A stretch of DNA of 64,000 bases from a bacterium (GTDB taxonomy: Bacteria > Patescibacteriota > Microgenomatia > Levybacterales > UBA12049): NCBI GenBank assembly GCA_021777565.1, contig JAJYDJ010000002.1, positions 133,082-197,081 on the forward strand, written 5' to 3'. The translations under genes were made by a program, and so were the position numbers. Below are positions 46,273 to 54,700 of the stretch, one piece after another (within the stretch, counting starts at the first letter, position 1; every line of letters begins with the position of its first letter). Below the pieces are notes generated by a model. That model did no database searches. It saw only the letters and a program-made list of their open reading frames with translations, and had not been told where the DNA came from.

Positions 46273-47916
46273 ATGCAACAAGAATTGCAATTTATATCTC
46301 TTGGCGGTGTCGAAAGTGTGACCCGCAACATGTATTTGTATCAAGTCGGAAACGAAATTCTGATCGTGGATTGCGGTCTGGGTTTTGTGAATGATGTTCC
46401 AGGCGTTGATTTTGTCCTTCCTGATCTTTCCCCACTGCTTACCAAACTACAAGAAGGCAACAAATTGGTAGGTATTGCAATTACCCACGGTCATGAAGAT
46501 CATTTGGGTGCACTACCATTTTTATTGCCACAACTACCTCCTGTTTCTATTTTTGCTACTCCAATCACTGCCGGATTTATCTCAGAGAAGCTGAGAGACT
46601 TCCAGTTGCAGCCAACCGTACAAGTCTTGACGTTTAATCAAGAAGTAAAGATCGGTTCTTTTGCTCTTACTCCTATTCGAGTGACTCATTCAGTGCCTGA
46701 TACCGCACATTTCTTGATCAAAACTCCTGCCGGAAATTTTTATCATGGAGGAGACTTCAAATTTGATTTGACACCGTATGATGATCAGCCATCTGATCTT
46801 ATGGCGATTGCCAGAGCAGGAAGCCAGGGGATTATCGCCATGGTTGGAGAGTCACTGGGAGCTGACAAAGATGGATTTACACCGTCGGAAGCGACATTGA
46901 CTGAGCATTTTGCACGGATATTCCATGAAGTAAAAGGGAAGATATTGGTAACCACATACTCTTCACACATGAATCGCGTTGAGCAATTTGTTGATCTGGC
47001 ACTGGCAAACAAACGAAAAGTTGCCTTTGTCGGGCGCTCTCTTATTAAGGCAAAGAAAATTGCACAGGCACAAGGACGTATGAAAATTCCACAATCTATG
47101 GAAGTTCCAATTGATAAGATACAAAAAACTCGTCCTGAAGAACTGTTAGTCTTTATTGCAGGAAGCCAGGGACAGGAAGAATCAGCACTTACTCGAGTCG
47201 TGGCAGGACAGCATCCTATGGTGCGTCTGCAGCCAGATGATGCGATCGTATTCTCTGCAGAGCCCATCCCAGGCAATGAAACAGCAGTATTTGGACTGGT
47301 TGACTCAATAGCAGCATTAAATATCAAGACATATTTCTCTCAAAGCCATACCTATCACGTCTCAGGCCACGGATCACGATCAGAACTCTTGATGCTCCTG
47401 CAGCTTGTCAGGCCAAAATTTGTTATCCCAGTTGGAGGAAATATTAGGCATAGGAGAGCCTACGTGAGTATCGCAACACAATATGGACTCCCTGAAACAT
47501 CAGTGATACTTCCTCGAAATGGTCAGGAAGTAATCTTTGGTGATCAAACGAAATTTGGCAAAATCTATCCACTCAGAAATGTATATGTTGATGAGATTGC
47601 TAAAGAAGAAGTCGAAGGATACGTCCTTCGAGATAGACAACAGCTCTCTGAAGAAGGAGTTCTCGTAGCCATTATGGAAATCTCAGAACAGGATGGAGTG
47701 TTGGCCGGACAACCACAGCTGATTGTGCGTGGACTTCTGGATCAGGAGAAACAGATGATCTCAGGAATAGTTGCTGATGTGGTCAATAAGATTGCGCGAA
47801 ACAATCAAGGGGATCTCTCACTCATTCGTCGAACCGTGCGAAAAGATTTGGAACGAGAAGTGAGAGCAAAGCTGAACAAAAATCCTCTGATTATCCCTGT
47901 TGTGATTGCTGTCTAA
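46273..47916 (+). CDS. rnj: ribonuclease J
   Basis: A metallo-beta-lactamase HGHEDHLGALP motif, a beta-CASP region and an RNase J C-terminal domain. Confidence 0.9.
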   Translation: MQQELQFISLGGVESVTRNMYLYQVGNEILIVDCGLGFVNDVPGVDFVLPDLSPLLTKLQEGNKLVGIAITHGHEDHLGALPFLLPQLPPVSIFATPITAGFISEKLRDFQLQPTVQVLTFNQEVKIGSFALTPIRVTHSVPDTAHFLIKTPAGNFYHGGDFKFDLTPYDDQPSDLMAIARAGSQGIIAMVGESLGADKDGFTPSEATLTEHFARIFHEVKGKILVTTYSSHMNRVEQFVDLALANKRKVAFVGRSLIKAKKIAQAQGRMKIPQSMEVPIDKIQKTRPEELLVFIAGSQGQEESALTRVVAGQHPMVRLQPDDAIVFSAEPIPGNETAVFGLVDSIAALNIKTYFSQSHTYHVSGHGSRSELLMLLQLVRPKFVIPVGGNIRHRRAYVSIATQYGLPETSVILPRNGQEVIFGDQTKFGKIYPLRNVYVDEIAKEEVEGYVLRDRQQLSEEGVLVAIMEISEQDGVLAGQPQLIVRGLLDQEKQMISGIVADVVNKIARNNQGDLSLIRRTVRKDLEREVRAKLNKNPLIIPVVIAV

Positions 47917-47970
47917 ATTGCCTCTTCTGTTGTTTGTACATTTCTTGTGATCTTGGCTATAATGGATGAT

Positions 47971-50109
47971 ATGGGTAGACACAAAAAAATGGCGCTTACG
48001 TTAAAGAAGGAAACCGTCTATAGCGTGAGTGGATTTTTTTGTCTTCTCTGTGCAGTCTTTTTGGTCCTTTCATTTTTTGATCGCAGCGGCTCCTTAGGTG
48101 GGGTACAGGATGGTCTTACGTCGTTTTTTGGAGGGCTAGTTATTCTCGCACCACTTGGCCTTGTTGTCCTTGGCTTTTATTTGTTTCATATTAAAAAATT
48201 CTTCCTCTCTCAAACCCATGTAATAGTCGGGTATGGACTGGTATTCCTCTCCCTGCTTGGCCTTTTCCGTGGTGGGTCAATTGGCATGAGCCTATCAGAT
48301 GTGGTCTCAGAGGTGCTAGGACTAGCAGGAGCGAATCTTATTTACTTTGTGGGGCTCTGTATTGGACTTGTGGTTCTTTTTGATAAATCGATCGATGAAA
48401 TGTTTGGCATCCTTTTGGCCATACTCAAAGCATTTGGAAAGTTGGTCCCTGGGTTTTTGACTGGCATGTTCAAATCTAAGAAAGTTCTGGTTAAAGAACA
48501 TGGCAAACAAACAGTCATGACTATCGGTAATCAGAAAGATTCTATCCCTTCTCTCAACTCACTGCCGGCTAAAGAACCAGTTATTAACAAAGGCAAAGAA
48601 ATTAAGGCAGAAATGCAACCTGGACTTAAAATTGCTGATCAGCTGGTCAATAATGCAGGGGTGGGCGTCTGGGAATACCCACCACTTGAGCTTCTCTCCG
48701 ACATGCCTGGCCAGAAAGCGGATCGAGGAGATATTAAAAAGATTGCAGGAATTATTGAGAAAACACTGGCCAGTTTTGGTATTGAAGCACGTGTGGCTGA
48801 GGTCAATCTTGGCCCTGCGGTCACGCAGTACGCACTTGAGATTGCTCTGGGCACAAAAGTATCGAAGATTACCTCCCTTGCCAACGATTTGGCTCTGGCC
48901 ACTGAAGCGCCAACAGGACAGATTCGTGTTGAAGCACCAATCCCAGGAAGAAATCTTATTGGTATTGAAATCCCGAACAAGTCTCTGGAAGTGGTGACGC
49001 TCAAGACAATGCTTATGTCCAGTATGATGCAAAAGAGTAAATCCAAGCTTTCGGTAGCTGTTGGTCTTGATGTCTCCGGTAATCCATCAGTTGGAGATAT
49101 CGCAAAAATGCCTCATCTTCTTATCGCGGGTACTACTGGCTCTGGAAAATCAGCAACTATTAACTCATTTATTTGTTCCATTCTCTTTAGAGCATCTCCT
49201 CAGGAAGTACGCTTTATTATGATCGATCCAAAGCGTGTTGAATTGACACTTTATAACGGTATTCCTCATTTGTTAACACCAGTTATTGTTGAGCCAGACC
49301 AGATTCTTTCTGCCCTCAAGTGGGCACTGGCAGAGATGGAAAGGCGCTATAAAGTGTTCGCTGAAAGAGGAGTGAGAAATTTAGAGGCATACAATGAGCT
49401 TTCTGGTTTTCAAGCCTTCCCAGCCATAATCATTATTATTGATGAATTGGCTGACTTGATGGCATATGCACCAGTAGAGGTCGAAGACGCGATCGCGAGA
49501 CTTGCACAGATGGCTCGTGCGACTGGCATTCATTTGATCGTCTCAACACAGCGCCCATCAGTAGATGTCATTACCGGTCTTATTAAAGCCAATATCCCAA
49601 CTCGTATCGCCTTGACGGTTGCCTCGATGGTAGATAGTCGCGTTATTTTGGATGGACCAGGAGCAGAAAAATTACTAGGTCGTGGAGATATGTTATATAT
49701 TCCACCAAACCAGGGGAAGCCAATTCGTGTCCAGAGTACGTTTGTTCAGGACAAAGAAGTGAATAAGCTGGTAGACTTCCTGAAGCAGAAGAATCCTGTT
49801 GTTCAATATACCGAAGAAGTGACCAAACAACCTGTTCTGATCAAGAAGGGAACAGGTGCCAATATGGCAAGTGGTGCCAAGGCGGGGGATGAGCAATTGA
49901 TTGAAGATGCTATTCGTGTCGTATGCCAATACGACCGCGCCTCTGCTTCACTGCTGCAGCGCAAATTATCTCTTGGGTATGCACGTGCGGCACGTATTCT
50001 TGATCAGTTACAGGATTTGGGCGTGGTAGGTCCTGCTGAAGGAGCCAAGCCTCGAGATGTGATTTTGAGGAATGCTGAAGAAGTTATTGCGAATCTGCAT
50101 GAAGGATAA
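47971..50109 (+). CDS. ftsK: DNA translocase FtsK/SpoIIIE
   Basis: An N-terminal 4-TM region, AGTTGSGKS Walker A, IIIIDELADL Walker B and a C-terminal gamma winged-helix. TATAAT plus 7 nt lies upstream of the ATG at 47971. Confidence 0.9.
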   Translation: MGRHKKMALTLKKETVYSVSGFFCLLCAVFLVLSFFDRSGSLGGVQDGLTSFFGGLVILAPLGLVVLGFYLFHIKKFFLSQTHVIVGYGLVFLSLLGLFRGGSIGMSLSDVVSEVLGLAGANLIYFVGLCIGLVVLFDKSIDEMFGILLAILKAFGKLVPGFLTGMFKSKKVLVKEHGKQTVMTIGNQKDSIPSLNSLPAKEPVINKGKEIKAEMQPGLKIADQLVNNAGVGVWEYPPLELLSDMPGQKADRGDIKKIAGIIEKTLASFGIEARVAEVNLGPAVTQYALEIALGTKVSKITSLANDLALATEAPTGQIRVEAPIPGRNLIGIEIPNKSLEVVTLKTMLMSSMMQKSKSKLSVAVGLDVSGNPSVGDIAKMPHLLIAGTTGSGKSATINSFICSILFRASPQEVRFIMIDPKRVELTLYNGIPHLLTPVIVEPDQILSALKWALAEMERRYKVFAERGVRNLEAYNELSGFQAFPAIIIIIDELADLMAYAPVEVEDAIARLAQMARATGIHLIVSTQRPSVDVITGLIKANIPTRIALTVASMVDSRVILDGPGAEKLLGRGDMLYIPPNQGKPIRVQSTFVQDKEVNKLVDFLKQKNPVVQYTEEVTKQPVLIKKGTGANMASGAKAGDEQLIEDAIRVVCQYDRASASLLQRKLSLGYARAARILDQLQDLGVVGPAEGAKPRDVILRNAEEVIANLHEG

Positions 50110-50117
50110 AATACACT

Positions 50118-50747
50118 ATGATCAGACTAGGAGAACGACTCAAATCCAAGCGTGCCGAGCTTGGACTCTCTATTGAAGACGCCTCAGATGCGACTAAAAT
50201 TCGTCCCGAGTACCTGCGTGCTATAGAGGCAGGTAATTACGGCGCACTGCCATCACGGACTTACGCACAAGGATTTGTGAGTAATTATATCTCGTATCTT
50301 GGACTTCCAAGGAGGGATACAATGGCTGTATTTCGTCGAGAATTTGATGAGAAAGAGTTTAATGGAGTCCTCCCCAGCAGATTTGTGGAAAGAAAAAGTA
50401 TGATCCCAGGATTTCGTATCGGACCAGTTGGGATTTTTGTCATATTTGCGATAGTGGCAATAGTGAGCTTCTTCCTGTTCCAGTATAGAGATGCACTCTT
50501 TGATCCATCACTGAGTGTCTCCTCTCCGGTAGATGGTGCCGTTGTACATACAGGAGTAATAACCGTGGTAGGAAAGGCGAGTCCTGGCGCATTAGTATCT
50601 ATTGACGGGGATGCAGCACTTACAGACAAAAATGGGGCGTTCTCCAAAGAGACAGGACTTTTTACTGGTGAGCAAACGATCGTGGTCATGGCAAAAAATA
50701 GCTATGGCCGCACAACCACTCTCTTTAGAAGAGTAAAAGTTGACTGA
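50118..50747 (+). CDS. RodZ-like protein (N-terminal XRE-type HTH, one TM, C-terminal DUF4115-like domain)
   Basis: LGERLKSKRAELGLSIEDASDATKIRPEYLRAIEAGNYGALP is the HTH, followed by a TM helix and a beta-rich C-terminus. Confidence 0.65.
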   Translation: MIRLGERLKSKRAELGLSIEDASDATKIRPEYLRAIEAGNYGALPSRTYAQGFVSNYISYLGLPRRDTMAVFRREFDEKEFNGVLPSRFVERKSMIPGFRIGPVGIFVIFAIVAIVSFFLFQYRDALFDPSLSVSSPVDGAVVHTGVITVVGKASPGALVSIDGDAALTDKNGAFSKETGLFTGEQTIVVMAKNSYGRTTTLFRRVKVD

Positions 50748-50790
50748 AAACACCTTGACAGAATGTCTGAGAAATCACTAGTATAGATAT

Positions 50791-51066
50791 ATGGATATTG
50801 CCCAATCCTTACTGCTCGCGGTGGTCCTTATACTTACCGGTCTTCTGGTCTTTCTAGGTATTCAAGTGTTTTTCATTCTGCGAGAACTCCGTCGTACCCT
50901 TGAAAGAGCCAACAAAATTCTTGATAATGCAAATTCAATCACCGAAAGTATTGCTCGCCCAATTTCTGACTTCTCAGGCATCTTGGATGGAGTAAAAACA
51001 GGCATGTCGCTTCTGAGTATCTTTAGTAAGAAGAAAAAGCATCAGGAGGAAGGAATGGATGAATAA
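50791..51066 (+). CDS. small membrane-anchored protein, DUF948-like (general stress-type)
   Basis: An N-terminal TM helix then a coiled-coil. TTGACA-18-TAGTAT plus 6 nt lies upstream of the ATG. Confidence 0.5.
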   Translation: MDIAQSLLLAVVLILTGLLVFLGIQVFFILRELRRTLERANKILDNANSITESIARPISDFSGILDGVKTGMSLLSIFSKKKKHQEEGMDE

Positions 51067-51382
51067 TGGACACGCTTCTGGCGGTTTCCTCAATGGTTTG
51101 GTAATTGGTGTTGCACTTGGTGCAGGCGCGTACTTCCTCATCGGCACCAAAACAGGTAAAAAAATTCTGAAAGCAGTCTCAGAACAAGGTTTTGACAATC
51201 TTGAAGGGTTAGTTGGGGCAGTGACTGAAAGTATGAGCTGTGAATGTGATGGTGAGTGCATGTGTGAGGAAGAGGTAGAAAAGACGCCTCGTAAAATGGC
51301 CACAACGTCTCATCCAGAACACAGTGAGGAAGCTCCGAAAAAAACTGGTCCCAAGCGTTTCTTCAAAGGAATAAAAAGATAA
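51059..51382 (+). CDS. YtxH-like small protein with a Cys-rich acidic C-terminus
   Basis: GGFLNGLVIGVALGAGAYFL matches the YtxH N-terminal pattern. The C-terminus has SMSCECDGECMCEEE. It overlaps the upstream gene by 8 nt. Confidence 0.5.
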   Translation: MNNGHASGGFLNGLVIGVALGAGAYFLIGTKTGKKILKAVSEQGFDNLEGLVGAVTESMSCECDGECMCEEEVEKTPRKMATTSHPEHSEEAPKKTGPKRFFKGIKR

Positions 51383-51739
51383 TTATTTAGGAAGGTTATC
51401 GAAATCCAGATACTCCATATACAGAAGAACTTTCAATGTCGTGCCTTCTTTAGGAAAGAGATTGTACGTCGCATGTGGTGGAACTGGAATAAGATCATCT
51501 TTGTGTACTTCAAAGGTTTCACCATTCACGACAAATGTTCCTTGCCCATCTAAGATATAGTAAATCCTTTCCCTCTCGCCAATTGTTCTCTCTCCATGCT
51601 CACCGGTAAACTCTGCATAAGCAATTGTGGTTCCATTGGCAACATCTGGTAGTTGATAATAGTACCCATCAACTCCTTCTCTGCCGTGGTGGACTGTTTG
51701 AGATCGTGTAATCTTCTGTGGTGTCATATTATCCTCCAT
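51383..51739 (-). CDS. cupin-domain protein
   Basis: AYAEFTGEHGERTIGERERIYYILDGQGTFVVNGETFEVHKDDLIPVPPHATY carries the cupin G(X)5HXH...E and GX5PXGX2H-like motifs. The start is taken at the MEDNM Met. The long ORF-track N-terminus overlaps mltG. Confidence 0.6.
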   Translation of the reverse strand: MEDNMTPQKITRSQTVHHGREGVDGYYYQLPDVANGTTIAYAEFTGEHGERTIGERERIYYILDGQGTFVVNGETFEVHKDDLIPVPPHATYNLFPKEGTTLKVLLYMEYLDFDNLPK

Positions 51740-52685
51740 AGCGTTGTATATCTGCATTGTGCTGCTCGAAGTTCGCCTCAAAATGGGTAACTCCTTTGGG
51801 GTCGGTATAGTAATAGAGATAGTCAGTCTGGGGGATATTAAACACTGCCTTGAGACTGTTGAGCCCTGGGTTGCAAATCGGGTGTGGGGGCAATGTGTTG
51901 TGCGTATAGCCATTAAATGGTGAATCGATGGCAAGGTCATCTGCCGTTAGATTTTCTTTCCACCATCTCTTTGTAGCAGGATCATATCCGACTGCGTATT
52001 GGACCGTCGCATCAACATCGAGCTTCATTCCAATGTCCAGCCTGTTTTTAATAACAGAGGCAATAAGCATCATCTCTTGAGGAGTCCTACCCTCTCTCTC
52101 TACGATGGAGGCAAAGGTGACCAGTTGGGGCTTGGTGAACGAGCTTGGTTTGGCAACTGATGCATATTTTTGTTCGAAGTTATCTCGCATGGTGGTAATG
52201 ATAGTCTCGATGGTGGCATCTTTATGAAAGGCATAGGTGTCAGGGAAAAGATATCCTTCATTGGCTTCTAATTCAGTCTTCCATCCTGCTCGGTATGTCT
52301 GTGGGAAATGTGCTTGCAGTATTGCGTCAACTTCTTCTGCTCTTTTCCCTTCTGGTATGGTGATCCAGATATCTGCAGGTGCTTTAGTCAGTGTGGTAGC
52401 AATATCTTTGGAGGACATACTGGGAGAAAGTTCAAAGTCTCCGACTTGGATGCTATTACCTAGATTATTCAGTTTTACTTCCAGTAAAAAGCCATCGATA
52501 TTGCGGATCAGATGTGCTTGTTGTAAGTTACTGGCAATATCACGTACGGTCTGGTCTTTACTAACACTAAAAGCAACTTTGCTCGTGTCACTACGATTCA
52601 CGGGACCGGTATAGGATTGCCAGACGAGTGAGAGAATAATGCCAAAAGCAACAATACCAATGCCAACGGTCGTGAGCAATTTCAT
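51729..52685 (-). CDS. mltG: endolytic murein transglycosylase MltG (YceG family)
   Basis: An N-terminal TM helix, then the YceG domain with IASVIKNRL and DSPFNGYTHNTLPPHPICNPG. Confidence 0.85.
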   Translation of the reverse strand: MKLLTTVGIGIVAFGIILSLVWQSYTGPVNRSDTSKVAFSVSKDQTVRDIASNLQQAHLIRNIDGFLLEVKLNNLGNSIQVGDFELSPSMSSKDIATTLTKAPADIWITIPEGKRAEEVDAILQAHFPQTYRAGWKTELEANEGYLFPDTYAFHKDATIETIITTMRDNFEQKYASVAKPSSFTKPQLVTFASIVEREGRTPQEMMLIASVIKNRLDIGMKLDVDATVQYAVGYDPATKRWWKENLTADDLAIDSPFNGYTHNTLPPHPICNPGLNSLKAVFNIPQTDYLYYYTDPKGVTHFEANFEQHNADIQRYGG

Positions 52686-52706
52686 ACAGTAGTTAGTATA
52701 CCAAGT

Positions 52707-53987
52707 TTATTGGATAGTGAACATGGGATAGAGATGGGTTGAATCAATGGTTGTCTGGAGAGTCGCTTCTTGCTCACTGTAGTAGGTCATCAACACATCC
52801 CCAACGGCCACACTATCACCAACCTTTTTATGCATAAACATTCCAGCACCCTTCTGGTCTGGTGCCCCAAGCATACGTCCAAGAACGGTCGTATGTTTGC
52901 TATCAATTGCGGTTACTTTTCCAGCGACTTCAGAGGTAATGTCTTTGGTAAATGTGCCAAGTTTGGTTTGTAATGATTGACTAGTTACACTAGTATCTCC
53001 GCCTTGTTCACTAATGATTGCTTGCATTTTTTTCAGTGCTGCACCTGAGGTGAGAAGAGATTTTGCCCAGTCCCTGGTCGTCTGAAATTGTTGGAGTATC
53101 TCTTGTCGTCTCTGTCCATCTTCGCTTTCAAGACAAATACCTAAGAGTTCACCTGCGAGGTTTAACGCTCTATTCTCAAGATCAATTGGGCGGTCACTGG
53201 TTTGCTCGAGTACCCGAAGTGCCTCCTGTACTTCCAAAATTGGGCCCACACCCCTGCCTGCTGGTTCTTCTGTCTCGTGGGGGAGTACTTTTATCTTGAT
53301 CCCAAATTTATTTGCAACATATTCAAATTTTGTTTTAATGACTTCAGCATCTTCTCGTGAGTGTACTTTGACAGTTGGGCCATACGGGACATCAATTACT
53401 ACGTGATTACTCCCAAATGCGACCTTTTTGGCAAGTACAGAGACAATAATTTTGTCAAAGCTCTCAAACATAAGCGGCTTCTCTACTTGAATAAGGACGT
53501 CATCAGCGGGTGCTATTTTAAATCCACCACCCCAGACTATACAGCCGCCTGCTTTTTTCACAATGTCATACAGTTCTTCTTTGGTGAATGTAACTTTACT
53601 CAGCACTTCCATGTCATCGGCTGTTCCATCAGGAGTCGTGATGGCACGAGAGGAGCTTTTTGGGATTGTGTAGCCTGCTGCCGCAACGATAGGGACGAGA
53701 ATGAGGGTAGTACGCGTACCAGGGACACCACCAATGGAATGTTTGTCAGCAACGATGCCTGAAAACTCCAATTTTTCACCAGTATCAACCATTGCTTTGG
53801 TTAGAAAAAATAATTCTTCGTTGGTAAACCCTTTAGAATAGCCACTTGCAGCAAAATATGTTGTGAGTACTTTGTTGAGTCTATCATGGGCAATCTCGTC
53901 CATGATGGCATAGATCTCCTGATAGGAGAGTGCTTTCCCAACAAGTTTCTTTTGGATTGCCTCTAAGGCTACTTCTTCTTCGTTCAT
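52707..53987 (-). CDS. thymidine/AMP phosphorylase family protein (DeoA-like, glycosyltransferase family 3 fold)
   Basis: DKHSIGGVPGTRTT and PKSSSRAITTPDGTADDME parallel the HSTGGVGD and phosphate-loop blocks of pyrimidine-nucleoside/AMP phosphorylases. 426 aa. Confidence 0.75.
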   Translation of the reverse strand: MNEEEVALEAIQKKLVGKALSYQEIYAIMDEIAHDRLNKVLTTYFAASGYSKGFTNEELFFLTKAMVDTGEKLEFSGIVADKHSIGGVPGTRTTLILVPIVAAAGYTIPKSSSRAITTPDGTADDMEVLSKVTFTKEELYDIVKKAGGCIVWGGGFKIAPADDVLIQVEKPLMFESFDKIIVSVLAKKVAFGSNHVVIDVPYGPTVKVHSREDAEVIKTKFEYVANKFGIKIKVLPHETEEPAGRGVGPILEVQEALRVLEQTSDRPIDLENRALNLAGELLGICLESEDGQRRQEILQQFQTTRDWAKSLLTSGAALKKMQAIISEQGGDTSVTSQSLQTKLGTFTKDITSEVAGKVTAIDSKHTTVLGRMLGAPDQKGAGMFMHKKVGDSVAVGDVLMTYYSEQEATLQTTIDSTHLYPMFTIQ

Positions 53988-54700
53988 AATGTCTGCAAGC
54001 GTGATTTAATAACGAGTCTTTTCCAGGTCGTGCCTGGTGGCACACAGGTGATAATAGTTAGCATACTCTCATCGGTTGCTTGATTCAAGACAGTCGTATC
54101 GTCAGGTTCTACGACAATAAGTGAAAAGACCTTATACGTATAGGTAACGTTTTGTATATGTACCTGAATAAGATCTCCTACAGAAAGGGAAAGAATATGT
54201 GCAAAAATAGTACGGTAATCGTTAGGGTTATATAACTGTGGAAGTGTTGAATGTCCAAATATGACACAGTTGCCTATTGCCGGTGGGGTACAGGTCCCTG
54301 CAAAGTTGACCAAGTGTTTGGTCAGGTCATCATCTGTTGTCGAGACTTCTGCATTTTTAATATCAAGTTTTGGGATATCAATGGTAAATGCGCTAGTTGT
54401 TGGATTTGCTTGTTGATGGCTTCCAGGGTACCAGTTGCTGGCATTATCTAGATCCTGCGCATACACTTTGGATGAGAGAAAATTTGCAAGTCTTGCCTGG
54501 CTTACGATTGCATGGTCGGGCACCGGTTTTATCAGTGCATCAGAAACGGTGCGTGGAGCGATATAGATTTCCCAGAGAAGCAGTGGAGAGAAGATATATA
54601 AAGAGACCACAAGTCCTGATAACACTAAAAAGCTTCCTGTTAGTCGAACAAGTAGGCGTTTGTTGATCCTTGTCTGCTTTTTGTATGTGACAATACTCAT
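53984..54700 (-). CDS. sortase (class A/E-like transpeptidase)
   Basis: An N-terminal TM anchor, catalytic His (VIFGHST) and LTIITCVPPG (the TLxTC active-site Cys motif). Confidence 0.8.
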   Translation of the reverse strand: MSIVTYKKQTRINKRLLVRLTGSFLVLSGLVVSLYIFSPLLLWEIYIAPRTVSDALIKPVPDHAIVSQARLANFLSSKVYAQDLDNASNWYPGSHQQANPTTSAFTIDIPKLDIKNAEVSTTDDDLTKHLVNFAGTCTPPAIGNCVIFGHSTLPQLYNPNDYRTIFAHILSLSVGDLIQVHIQNVTYTYKVFSLIVVEPDDTTVLNQATDESMLTIITCVPPGTTWKRLVIKSRLQTL

